A program made the translations under genes and the position numbers. A stretch of 63,789 bases of DNA, the filler included. It is 9 parts of 9 records of this genome, joined end to end, with 100 filler letters (N's around TTAATTAATTAA, not from the genome) between each part and the next. Parts side by side here need not be neighbours in the genome. Positions count along the whole stretch, not along the records: positions 19,174 to 28,302 come from SRR7504441_1116; positions 28,403 to 38,978 come from SRR7504441_1117; 7 more parts are not named here. One strand, 5' to 3'. Positions 25,089 through 35,169 of the stretch are shown piece after piece (within the stretch, counting starts at the first letter, position 1; each line of letters opens with the position of its first letter). The notes under the pieces were generated by a model. It was not told the origin of the DNA. It worked only from the letters and a program-made list of their open reading frames with translations, and did not search any database.

Positions 25089-26714
25089 ATGCTGGACCTG
25101 AGCCGGGGAGAGTGTCGCTGGAGAGATCCGGACGGACTGGTGGTGCAGCCGGCCGGGACCGGGCCGGGCGGGCGGCAACTGCTGCTCCGGTGCAAGCTTG
25201 CCCCCGACCCGGGGCCGATCAAAGGCCCCGGGCTGGTCGAGATGGCAGGCGGCCGGCTGCGGGTCTGGGTGCCCAGCAGCACCGAGCTGCGGCTAGGGCT
25301 GGCCGACGCCGCGAGCGGCCGGTCGATCACGCCGGAGGAGCTCGTTGTGCGGGTTGAGCTGCCCCGGGGCGGGTCTGTGACTGCTGGAGGCTTCGAGGGC
25401 TGGGAACTGGGCCCGGGGCTCCGGAAGCAAAACCTGCCCGATGGCCAGACCAAGTTCGGGGCCGACCGGCCGGGCGCCGGGCTGACGCTGCGGTACGCGC
25501 GGTCGGCGAGCTGGCAGATGCGGCTGGAGGTGGCCGGCGGGGCTGGTGGGGCTTTTCTGTTTGGAGAGCCGGGGTGCGAGCCGCAGCCGGACGGGTGGAG
25601 GGCGGCCGGGGCAGCTAAGGGCGGAAAGGCGGTCGGGAAGGGCAAGCCCAGCGGGCAGCCGGCTGGTAAGGGTGGCGGGAAGACCGGTGGCAAGGCCGGT
25701 GCGAAGGCCGCAGGTAAGGCGGGGGGGAAGGCTCGGGGTAAGGCGGGGGGGAAGACTCGAAAGCAGCTGCAGCCTCCCGAGACGTCGGGCGCCATCGCCG
25801 ACCTGCTATCATCACGCAACCCGGCACCGACCATATCAGACTCCCTTGCGGAGATCTCGGCACTCGGTGACCCTGCCGCAGTCCTGGCCACTCTACGCAC
25901 CAAAAAGGCCTCCCGGACCAAGCCGGTCGGAGCACCAAGGGTGCCCACAATCTCGGACTCGCTGGCGCAGATCTCGGCGCTTGGGGAGCCGGCGGCGGTG
26001 CTTGCTGCGCTCAAGAAGAAGCAGGCGGCCAGGGCGGCTAACCCTGGCGTGAGGCGGTCGAAGCCTCGGCCAGGAGATTTGTTTAAGAACATGGAAGCGC
26101 AGCTCAAACTGGCCAAGCAAAAGACCCGAGTCCAGCCCAAGCCGGCCCCGGCCCCGGCCCCGGCAGCCAAAGGCTCTCGACTGGGTGTCTTTTATGAGCA
26201 GCACAGGGTCGAGCCGAGGGGCGAGCTGGATCCGTACAGCCCGACACACGACGGGTTTGTCTCGTCTGTGGATAAGCTCCGGGTGCGGCTGGCCGAGCGG
26301 AGGGACACTGGCCTCGAGCTCCGGCCTGCGAAGACTGTTAGCTCAGTGAGTACCGTGAGCGATCGGCTGGGCTCCGAGGGTGGATCGGATTGGCCGCAAG
26401 AGATGGCCTCGGGGCCGCGGCAGGAACTAGCCCAGGCGCACGCGGAGGCCTTCGGGCCGCCGGAGCCGAGCAGGGAGCAATGGGAAGGTCCGGCCATGCC
26501 AGTGGGGCCGGCGGAGCCTTGGCTGATGCGGTACCCTCCAGGGCCTATCGCTTACCCTTCAGACGCTTGGCGGTTCGGCCCGGGAGGGGTGGCGGGCGAG
26601 CCTGTGATACCCGGGCCGGTGGACCACCTGGGATGGAGGCGGAGCGTGGGCGCCCGGAGGAGCTGCAGCCCGCCACCTCCAAATCACGACCGGCTACTGT
26701 ACCATCCGCTATGA
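25089..26714 (+). CDS. Hypothetical protein with Gly/Lys-rich tract and duplicated 21-aa motif
   Basis: Long ORF from AAAACA-ATG at 25089; GKGGGKTGGKAGAK tract; PTISDSLA(E/Q)ISALG(D/E)PAAVLA occurs twice. Confidence 0.7.
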   Translation: MLDLSRGECRWRDPDGLVVQPAGTGPGGRQLLLRCKLAPDPGPIKGPGLVEMAGGRLRVWVPSSTELRLGLADAASGRSITPEELVVRVELPRGGSVTAGGFEGWELGPGLRKQNLPDGQTKFGADRPGAGLTLRYARSASWQMRLEVAGGAGGAFLFGEPGCEPQPDGWRAAGAAKGGKAVGKGKPSGQPAGKGGGKTGGKAGAKAAGKAGGKARGKAGGKTRKQLQPPETSGAIADLLSSRNPAPTISDSLAEISALGDPAAVLATLRTKKASRTKPVGAPRVPTISDSLAQISALGEPAAVLAALKKKQAARAANPGVRRSKPRPGDLFKNMEAQLKLAKQKTRVQPKPAPAPAPAAKGSRLGVFYEQHRVEPRGELDPYSPTHDGFVSSVDKLRVRLAERRDTGLELRPAKTVSSVSTVSDRLGSEGGSDWPQEMASGPRQELAQAHAEAFGPPEPSREQWEGPAMPVGPAEPWLMRYPPGPIAYPSDAWRFGPGGVAGEPVIPGPVDHLGWRRSVGARRSCSPPPPNHDRLLYHPL

Positions 26715-26826
26715 TCCTGAAAGATTGCTTGCTCGGCTTTGACTGTATACAAGGGTAGAGAAAGTTAAATGAATTCGGCTATTTAAGGCGATTCAAATAA
26801 TTAAGTTGTATCTACGGAATTGTTGG

Positions 26827-27504
26827 TTAGACACACAAGGCGAATCCATAAACAAACAGAAAAGCCAGGAATCCGATACTAGTCAGCGCCCAACAACAGA
26901 AGCAGCTATAGTTATTCACTCCAATCAACGTGCCGGTCCACACGCAGAAGTGGTCGTAGCCGTCACACAGCACGTTCCCCTCCGCAGCCCAGCTAGTGGC
27001 AGGGCCGGCGTAAGACTCGGCCTGCGGCACCCACCGCCAGTTTGGCTCCGCTGGCTGGGCCGCCCGCTGTGCCAGCCCCGGGTCTCGGCAGGCCGTGAGC
27101 AGGTAGCAGCTGGTCGCCACCAGCCAGAGCCCGGCCAGCACCAGGGAGGCCCACACCGGCGCCTCCCCAGCGCACGCGCCCACCCCCGCGGCCCCGGCGG
27201 CTAGATAGAGCAGGAGCATGGCGACACTGATCGGCCAGCAGGGGCCAGCTATCAGCCACCAGCCACCGGCGCTCGACCGGCCCAGCGCACTCATGAATCC
27301 GATCCGGCGGATCCCCGCGCACCGGTGTGTTGGGTGCCACTCGCCTGCGGCCGGCCCGCCCTGGCAGCCGCTGATGGCCTGGACCACGCAGTCGTCGTCA
27401 TCCACGCGGACCCGGAACTGCCAGCTGTCCAGCACTGGCTCCTCCTCCTCCTCATCCCCCGGCCCGCCTGGGTCGCCCTCCTCGAGAGCCACTGCCACTT
27501 GCAT
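26827..27504 (-). CDS. Short divergent DHHC-family palmitoyltransferase (DHFC variant)
   Basis: Two TM helices, TACRDPG, GYDHFCVWTGTLIGVNNY and a C-terminal TM. Confidence 0.75.
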   Translation of the reverse strand: MQVAVALEEGDPGGPGDEEEEEPVLDSWQFRVRVDDDDCVVQAISGCQGGPAAGEWHPTHRCAGIRRIGFMSALGRSSAGGWWLIAGPCWPISVAMLLLYLAAGAAGVGACAGEAPVWASLVLAGLWLVATSCYLLTACRDPGLAQRAAQPAEPNWRWVPQAESYAGPATSWAAEGNVLCDGYDHFCVWTGTLIGVNNYSCFCCWALTSIGFLAFLFVYGFALCV

Positions 27505-27550
27505 CCCGAGCCTGTTTCCGTTATTCAAGCTTGGAAGGCAGGGAAGCCCG

Positions 27551-28302
27551 ATGGGCTCTACGTGCTCCGGAGGCACCGGCGACGACCGCGAGGACGGGGT
27601 GGTGGGCCGGACCCGGCAGATCCAGGAGCAGGCAGCCTATCCGGCCGACTCTTACGCCTTTGTCTCGGTCGAGCCGCAGGCCGTGGACGGAGAGCCCGGC
27701 CGACCCTTCGAAGTCAGGGTGTCCTGCCTGGCCCCTGGCTGGCAACTCAAGCAGCAGCTGTGCGCCCGGTCGGAGCTGACCAGCTGCTGGGGCCGCCGGC
27801 GGCTCCGCCCGGCCGAGTTCGACCTGCTGATTGGTACGGCTGAGGTGGACGGGGGCGCGACCACGCTCGGGGGGAGCGGGGTGCTCGACGGTACAAAGCT
27901 GACGGCCGTGCCGACCCCGGCGGCGGTGGAGCACTGGCGGTCGAACCAGGGCAGCCAGCTGCTTTTGTACGGCGGCAAGCTGGTCGGGTCCCCGATCGAG
28001 TACAACAACACGCTCCAGATCCTGGACGGGTCGAGCCTGCAGACGGCCCACAGTCAGACGCTCTCCCCCGGCCGGAGCGGGGCGGCCGGCGTGGTATGGG
28101 ACTCGCGGGTGTACATCATGGGCGGCTTTAACAAGGTCCGGACCGATCGCGTCGACGTGTTGGACCTTGTTGAGCTGACCTGGTCAGCAGGACCGCCGCT
28201 GCCTGAGCCAGTGGTCCGGGCGGGCGCGGCGGTGCTGGACGGCGGGCGGATTTGCCTGGTGGGCGGGTACACCCAGCGGGCGGGGAACGACGCCTACCTG
28301 CG
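27551..28302 (+). CDS. Kelch-repeat protein with possible N-terminal ubiquitin-like domain, 3' truncated
   Basis: Kelch motifs LLLYGG, RVYIMGGFN..W..GPPLP and RICLVGG; upstream LKQQLC...TTLGGSGVLDGTKL resembles a UBL. Confidence 0.75.
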
Positions 28303-28586
28303 NNNNNNNNNNNNNNNNNNNNNNNNNNNNNNNNNNNNNNNNNNNNTTAATTAATTAANNNNNNNNNNNNNNNNNNNNNNNNNNNNNNNNNNNNNNNNNN
28401 NNAGGAGAGGTAAACTAGGAGAGGTAAACTAGTATATTGGGGACTCCGCGGAAGGCATTGGTCCGCTCGAGCTTCTTCGGGTTGCGCCTTGAACATCTCT
28501 GAACGATTTATGGTCACTGGTTTTGCGTCATTCAAGTCAGAGTCGGCAGCTCAGATCGGTCAGTCCGAGACAGCTTCCCGGGAACC

Positions 28587-30410
28587 ATGCTGGCGGTGGC
28601 AGAACCGAGCAGTCCGGCCGTGGGGAGCGGGCGGCGGGTGCGGGTGGGAGGGGCGGAGTGGCTCGCGCCGGCCCCGTTGTCCGCGCTGGTGGCCACCGCC
28701 AACGGTCTGTTCGCGCTCACCAGGCCGGGCGGGCTGCACAGCGTGGAGCCCGGGCGCAAGCGGCGCCGCCCCAGCCGCCCGCCGGTCTTCCCCGGAGCCA
28801 GCCTGCTCTGCCCGGGCCCGGACGGGCGGCTAGCGCTCGGGGGCGGCCCGGTCCTGCCTGGGGCCCTCTGGCTCTTCCCCCCGGGCGCCAGCGGGCCGCC
28901 AAGCCAGCTGGAGCTCGGCCGGGCCCAGCTGACGGCCGCCGCGCACGGTGCCGGTCCGCCCAGGGCCCAGCTGAGGGTATCGGCAGCCAAGGACGGCTGG
29001 TTGGTCGGTGACGCAGCCGGGGTGGTTTGGCAGCTCCGGGCGGAGGGCCCGGCCCAGGTGTGGCGGGCCGGGGGGCGGCGGCCGACTGGGGGCAGCGGGT
29101 GGCTGAGGCGCCCGGCGGGGTGATCGGGATCGCGCACAAGGCCGACCGGGTGGCGCTGCTGGTGCAGGACGGCAGACTATACACCTGTCGGCCCAGCGAC
29201 TGGCGGCTGGAGCCGGCCAACCCGCCGATAGGGAGCGGCGCCAGGCTGGTCGGGTGGGCGGGCGAGCAGCTGGTGCCCTGCCGGCCGGCCCGGGGCGAGC
29301 TGGGGGCAGCTCTGGCTGGCTGGAGGGGCGGTGTGGCGCGGGCGGCTCGAGACTGGCCAGCTGGTGTCTGGGCAGCTCGCAGTGCGTGGGCAAGTGCTGA
29401 GCTGCTGCATGCACAACCAGGCTTGCTGGGTGCTCACCGCCGACGGCACCGCGGCCGAGCTGCCCGACACCGGGCTGCGCGACTCGGCCCGGCTGGAGAA
29501 GGCGGCCGCACTGGCGCTCAGTCAGAGCGAGGCTGCTGCGCGGGTGCAGGCCAAGCTGGAGGGCGTGCGCGAGCATCAAGCGGCCGGCTGGCTGGCGAGG
29601 GTGCCACCGCCAACCCAGATGAGCCAGATCAAGTGCCGGCTGACCGCTGGGTGGCCGAGCACGCTGCAGGTCGAGCTGAGCTGCGCCAGGGGGCTGCTCG
29701 GCTGGCTGGCTGAGCGGGCGGTGCTTGCTCTCTCACTCATATCTGAAGACCAGAGCCGGCCTGCCGCCCGCACCCTGCTGCTCCGGCTCGATACCCTCTG
29801 CCGCGCCCAGAGCGGTGCTGGCCGGCCGGGGCTGGGCTAAGGGTTGGCAGGGCTCTGGCGGGGATCAGTCGAGCTGCAGGTGAGCTGGCTGGAGCACTCG
29901 CGCCTGTGGTGCCTGCCTATGCTCTGCCCGCTGATTGGGCTGCCGGGGCTCTCGATGGCCGCTGTCCGCCCGCTGGCTGAGCCGGCTCTGCTCGACATGT
30001 TCGACTTTGGGGCCCCGGCCGCGCTGACTGCGGCTGGGCAGCCCGCTCTCCGGCACGCCGGGTCTATTCCGCTAGAGCCGGGCGGGCTGGCTGGGCTTCT
30101 CCCGGCCGGGCTGCAGCTGCAGGCCGGCGGGGGGACAATCCGGCTGCTGGGCGGCAAGACGCTGCTCTCAATCGAGCTGAGCGAGCGCGGGCTCCGGCTG
30201 AGGAGCAACAGGCCCTTACCAGCCGCCCGGGCGGCGCTGGTCAGCAGGCTGGCCGGGCTGGGTCAGCAGGTTGGCCGGCCGGAGCAGCTGAGGCCCAAGC
30301 TCGAGCTGATGGCCCGGCTGACCGAGGCCGTCCGGGCCGGCGAGCCAGGCACGATGGGTCAGCTGCATGCAGTCACCCAAAGCTGCTACCAACTAGCCCG
30401 CGAATTGTGA
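28587..30410 (+). CDS. Multi-exon hypothetical protein (possibly FAAP100/FANCB-like)
   Basis: ORFs 28587, 29027, 29331 and 29844 join through 36-38-nt GT-AG introns. The order beta-rich N-terminus, helical coil, beta region and helical end fits that family only weakly. Confidence 0.55.
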
Positions 30411-30947
30411 TACTGTTACAGATATGCAATTGTCAAAGGCACGGGCCGCGTGTCAAGTGCTGCTGCTGGTATACCCAAGTAATACCCAAGAGCGGCGACC
30501 GAGCGACTTATTGCGAAGCCGAGCTGATACAATCATGTTCACCAACCGACGGTTACCGACCACCGTTGATTGCACGATTCAACGACTGCACGGCTTACAA
30601 GATCTAGACTTAGTGAGCTCAGTGATTACTATCTAGATAGTACCATAAATCTTTTGCAAGGGGGGTACGACCGTAACGTCCGAAGCTACTCTATAAAGCT
30701 CATGAAAGCTCAATCTAGTCACGTGGTGTCACGAATCAGCTCGTACCATACATTTATGTTTTTATTAATTCCACGTTCTGTTTAGTTCACCAGCACGAGC
30801 CTCGTGCTAGTTACATGTACTATACCGACATGTACAGTGTTGCAATGCGCTCTTGTTTTCCTTGTGATTGTACAATCAGTAGCACGGTATGTTTAGCTTT
30901 CATCATAAAAATAGCTTCCAAGACAAGTACCGTGATCATCTGACCTT

Positions 30948-32337
30948 CTACTTTTTCCTGTTGTCCCTCTCATGTTGCTTAGCGTTATCTCCCGCTCTGT
31001 GGTTAACTGCACCCGGCACGGTCAGGGCTGGATCGGGCGGTCGGCTCACTCGAGCGCATGAAGCTCTGGTCCATGATGTTCAGCCTGAGGTCAAACTTCC
31101 TTATAACCGAGTTCTCGTACATCGACTTGACCAGCTCCTCGCCCCCGGCATCGGTGATCCCGCTGTCCTGCATCCAGACTACGTTCAAGGTCGTGTTCCG
31201 CCTGATTGCTGTTGCAATAGACTTGGCGCCTGGCACTCTCTCACACACAAACCAGCCGGCTATGCCCGACCTGCATCGCCGGACTTGTTGCGGCAGATGG
31301 CCACCATCTGCAGGTTTGGGTTCATAGCGATCAGCCGAGCCACCCCCGCCGCGCCTGCCCAGACCGTCACCCGATGCGACCCGAGCACAGCACCGTCTGC
31401 CGTGAAAGCGTTCTCACGCAGGTCGAGCGCTGTGATCGATTCGTGCTCTTCGAGCGCCCGGCACAGCTCGACCGCCCCCTCCGACTGGATCAGGTTCTGC
31501 CAGTCGGTCAGCACTCGCCGCACCGCAGAGCGTGCCTGGCGCAGATTGAGCGAGAGCAGCCGCGGGGCGCCGCCGTCTGCCAGCGAGTCGGCCAGGGCGC
31601 AGGCGCCGTCGATCTCGAGCTCGCAGTCGCGTAGGCTCAGGTGCTGCAGGTGCTTGGCGTTCTTGAGCGAGGCCGCCAGCCGGATCACACCCTCGTCCCC
31701 GAGCATATTGAAGCTAAGCCCGAGCCTCTTAATCGGCACTCTGTCCGACAGCTGCCCGATCCGTCGGCCGCCGCCGCCCCGGCCGGGCCACCGCGTTGGC
31801 GATCGCTCGGCATCCGGGCTCGGCGATCTCGTTCTCGCCCAGGTGAAGCTCGCTCACCGTCTTGGAGTCGTTCAGCGCCTGCCGCCCGGCTCGCCCGGCC
31901 CCGGCCCGGGGGGAGACCTGCATCACGCGGGAGATGACGTCATCCCCGAGCCCGAGCTCGTCTAGATCCACCACCCCGATCTTGCTCTTGTCCCGGGCGA
32001 GCGCTTTGACCTGCCCCCGACTGGCCGGCGAGCCCCCCCCCTCCGGGCGCCTCCTTGACCACTTTGTCCTGGCTGACGCCGTTGAAGCCGCGGTAGGCCA
32101 TCACAGCCACGTTGTCGGACGGGGTCTCGGAGCCCACGTGCCAGTAGGCCCGCTCAAAGGCCCCGGTGTAGGCCTGGCACTTCTTTACCGCATACTCGGA
32201 CCACTTGCCTGCGCCGGGATAAGGCCGGGCACGGGACGGGGCGCACAGTTGCGCACGGTGGGCTTGTCGGGGGACCGGCCTGAGGCCCGGGTTTTGGGGA
32301 TCTCTGGGCAGACGTCCTTCCGCTTCTTGGCCATCAT
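30948..32337 (-). CDS. RNI-like leucine-rich repeat protein, multi-exon
   Basis: Repeats LDELGLGDD, LHLGENEIAEPG, LGLSFNMLGDEG, LSLRDCELEIDG and LDLRENAFTADG, joined by micro-introns. Confidence 0.85.
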
Positions 32338-32568
32338 GATGCCGAGGAGGTTGGCTCCCGATCCAGTGACCGTTGCAACGGAAGAAGCGGGTCTAGGTCC
32401 AGGACGCTCTGTGATTCATGTTCATCATGCCGTGACTGACCTAACTTTAAGATACCGTACAATCATGGTGATTGTCAAGATTGACCTTTAAATGAACACC
32501 AGCTGTCCACACGAGTTGTCGAAGTTCATGGCCGAGTTTCCGGTCTTAATGAAAGCACGAGAGTAGCT

Positions 32569-33522
32569 CTACTGCTCCGAGATAAACTCAACTATTATCG
32601 GCACGTGGTCGGACGCAGCAGCCCACTCCGGCTGCTCGACCACACCGGTCGAGCGCACCTTGGCGCCCGAGGAGACGAACACTTGATCGAACCTGGACGC
32701 GTCCTGCCCGTGCCCGTGCTCGGCAAGATTCTGCTCTCGGCAGAACCGCATCCCGGGCCAGCCTTTCCACGAGTGCCCGCCCACGCCAAAGTCGCAGACC
32801 TCCACCCCGTTCGCCGCCCGCACGTCCACTAGCCCGGCCTCGGCCGCTGCGGCCGCCAGCGCGTCGTACGTCTCGGGGCCGCCGGCACTCGGGAAAGTGT
32901 TGAAGTCGCCCCCGAGCACCAGCACTGTCTTCGGCCCGGCCCCGGCCGCCGCCCGCGCCACCGCCATCCGGGCCGACTGTTGGCGCGCCAGCTCGCCGGC
33001 GTGGTCCAGGTGGACGCTCGCGCAGTGCCAGATCCAGCCAGTGAGCCGGTCGCGGAACCGGCCGACCACCCCAGTCCGCTCGAACTCCGAACCGTCCCAC
33101 TTGTCCCCGCCACTCGCCTCCGGTCGGTCCGACGAGAACCAGAACGGAGCGAGCGGCTCGAGCAGCTCCAGCCGCTCAGGCCGCCAGGCGAACCCGTTGC
33201 CGTCGAACGCCTGGCCTTGCTTGGGGGTCTCCTGGTCGCACCAGCGGCCCGGGTCGCACGGGCAGACCTCCACCCGATAATCGGGCAGCTCGGCCTGCAG
33301 GTCGGCCGCGGCCGGCGGGCCCGGCTCCTGGATTAGCAGCAGGTCGCACCCTAGCGCCCGGACCGCCTCGGCGGCAAGCGGCCGGCGGTGGCGCCACTCG
33401 CGGTCGGTGCCTTGGTCCCGGTCGTGGTCCACTTGGATGTTCCAGCAGCCCAGCCGGAGCACCCCGTCGCTCGCCGGCAGCGGCCACTCCCGCTGGGCGT
33501 GCAGCGCAAACTCCGGAGGCAT
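32569..33522 (-). CDS. Endonuclease/exonuclease/phosphatase (EEP) family protein, intronless
   Basis: WNIQVD, IQE, SVHLDH, GGDFN, FDQVFV and SDHVPI motifs. Confidence 0.9.
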   Translation of the reverse strand: MPPEFALHAQREWPLPASDGVLRLGCWNIQVDHDRDQGTDREWRHRRPLAAEAVRALGCDLLLIQEPGPPAAADLQAELPDYRVEVCPCDPGRWCDQETPKQGQAFDGNGFAWRPERLELLEPLAPFWFSSDRPEASGGDKWDGSEFERTGVVGRFRDRLTGWIWHCASVHLDHAGELARQQSARMAVARAAAGAGPKTVLVLGGDFNTFPSAGGPETYDALAAAAAEAGLVDVRAANGVEVCDFGVGGHSWKGWPGMRFCREQNLAEHGHGQDASRFDQVFVSSGAKVRSTGVVEQPEWAAASDHVPIIVEFISEQ

Positions 33523-33602
33523 TGGCGTGCAGTGCACGGAGGCGCAGTGCCTGGCGTCAGCAGTGCGGGGCCGCTCCGAAATTCCGTCCGTTTGATTTGA
33601 GA

Positions 33603-34974
33603 ATGGAGGGTTTGTCCAAGGACCGGGACTTGCGCCGGTGGCGGGACAAGGTTGTGGAGCTGATGAAGGCGCTCGAGAACTCGCAGGCCGAGGCCGCCAC
33701 CGCCAATGCCACCGTGGCTAGGCTCGAGCAAAAGCTGGCCGGCGGGTGCCGATCGCCGCCGGCTGGCTCTGACCGGGCGCAGGGGCCGGATGTCGCCCCG
33801 ATCGCGCGCCGAGCTCAAGGTGGGCTGCGGCCGGGAGCGGGCTGACTGGGCGGCAGACGGTCGAGGCTCGGATGGTGGCCGCGGAGCACAAGGCGTCTGT
33901 GGCCGAGGTGGCCTCGCGCGAGCACCAGTCGCGGGTTCAGCACCTGCGCGAGCAGTCGGCCAGCCAGCTCAGGGAGAAGGTGACCGGCCCGAGGCTGTGG
34001 GGTAGCGAGCGGATGGTACAGGAGCAGCTCGAGCAGAAGGTGAGCGAGCAGGCGGCCACAATCGCCGAGCTGCAGGTGACCAGCGCGCGGGGCCGCCGGG
34101 GCAAGGCCGGACAGGCAAAACTGAGCACGCAAGAGGCCAACAGCTGGTCGCCCGAGCGAAAGCGATTCATGGCGTCGTACGAGGCGGAGACGGACGCGGC
34201 GATGGCGGCGATCGGTGCGGGGGGTCCCCCGGGGTGGTGGATAGCTCGGGGCAGGCGCATGGTGCGGCTGGGTGGCTGAGCAACTGGATCACACCAGCGC
34301 AGTGATGGCCTGGGTGGCTGGAGCCAGCGCGCCCGACGTGCATCAGTACTCGGGCCGCACCAAGACTGCAGGACTCACCAACAGCGGGAGAGTGACAGTG
34401 GAGGAGCTGCAGAAGGCGCGTGTCGAGACCAGCCTGCGGAGGTGGCCTGCCGCTGAGCTGTGCGCTGACCGTGGGCAGCCTGCGCCGGGCGTGCGAGCTG
34501 TGCGTGGGGCAGCTGCAGGAGCTGCAGCATCGGGAGGGCGAGCAGAGCCAGCATCTGCGGGCGCAGCTTGCCAAGGACCTGGATGCGGAGCACGATTCAG
34601 TTGAGATGCTCCACAAGCAGCTCCAGCAGCTCTGCGTGGCCCCAACGCCGCTAACCGAGCCGGAGGCTCTCGCTCGGGCTGAGAAGATCGCTCAGCTGCC
34701 ATCAGCAGCCAGTGTGCGCCGGCTGGTGAGCCTGGCCGCCACTACACATGCAGCTATGCAGTGTCGAGCTGCTGTGGCTTCATGGAAAGGCAATTTGATA
34801 GAGGCCAAAGATATGGGAACCGAGCACAAAGTTGTGTGGAAAACGCTGCGCTCTATGCGCAAAGAGCGAGACTCGGCCACCTCCACGCGCGAGAAGATCC
34901 GGGCGGAGATGCTGGCGTTTGATGCTCGGATTGTGGACCAGGTCGATCACATTGGGATGCTGCACACTGCGTGA
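33603..34974 (+). CDS. Coiled-coil hypothetical protein, multi-exon
   Basis: MEGLSKDRDLRRWRDKVVELMKALENSQAEAA...; heptad-rich segments in shifting frames separated by ~40-nt introns. Confidence 0.65.
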
Positions 34975-35169
34975 GCGGTCTTGCTGGTTAAGCCAGTACA
35001 AAGTACTGAGTTGTAAATTATATGTACGCACGCAGTTTTCACAATTAGCAGGAATAATAATCAGTGAATTCAATGGATCCAATGTTCATTCAAATTAAGT
35101 CTCACTTAGTCTCACTTCAAAGATTTCCGAATCGTTGTGTCGGCATTAATTTTGTGCCGAAGTGCTTAG

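Noticed and set aside
24854-26170. Numerous long overlapping or antisense ORFs (e.g. 24854-26170, 22507-23580, 30889-31965, 60849-61748)
   Set aside because: They are shadow ORFs expected at high GC, opposite better-supported genes, with no recognisable motifs.
28403-28535. Short contig-edge ORFs (28403-28535 minus; 49978-50045 minus)
   Set aside because: They could be divergent gene starts, but are too short and motif-free to support a call.
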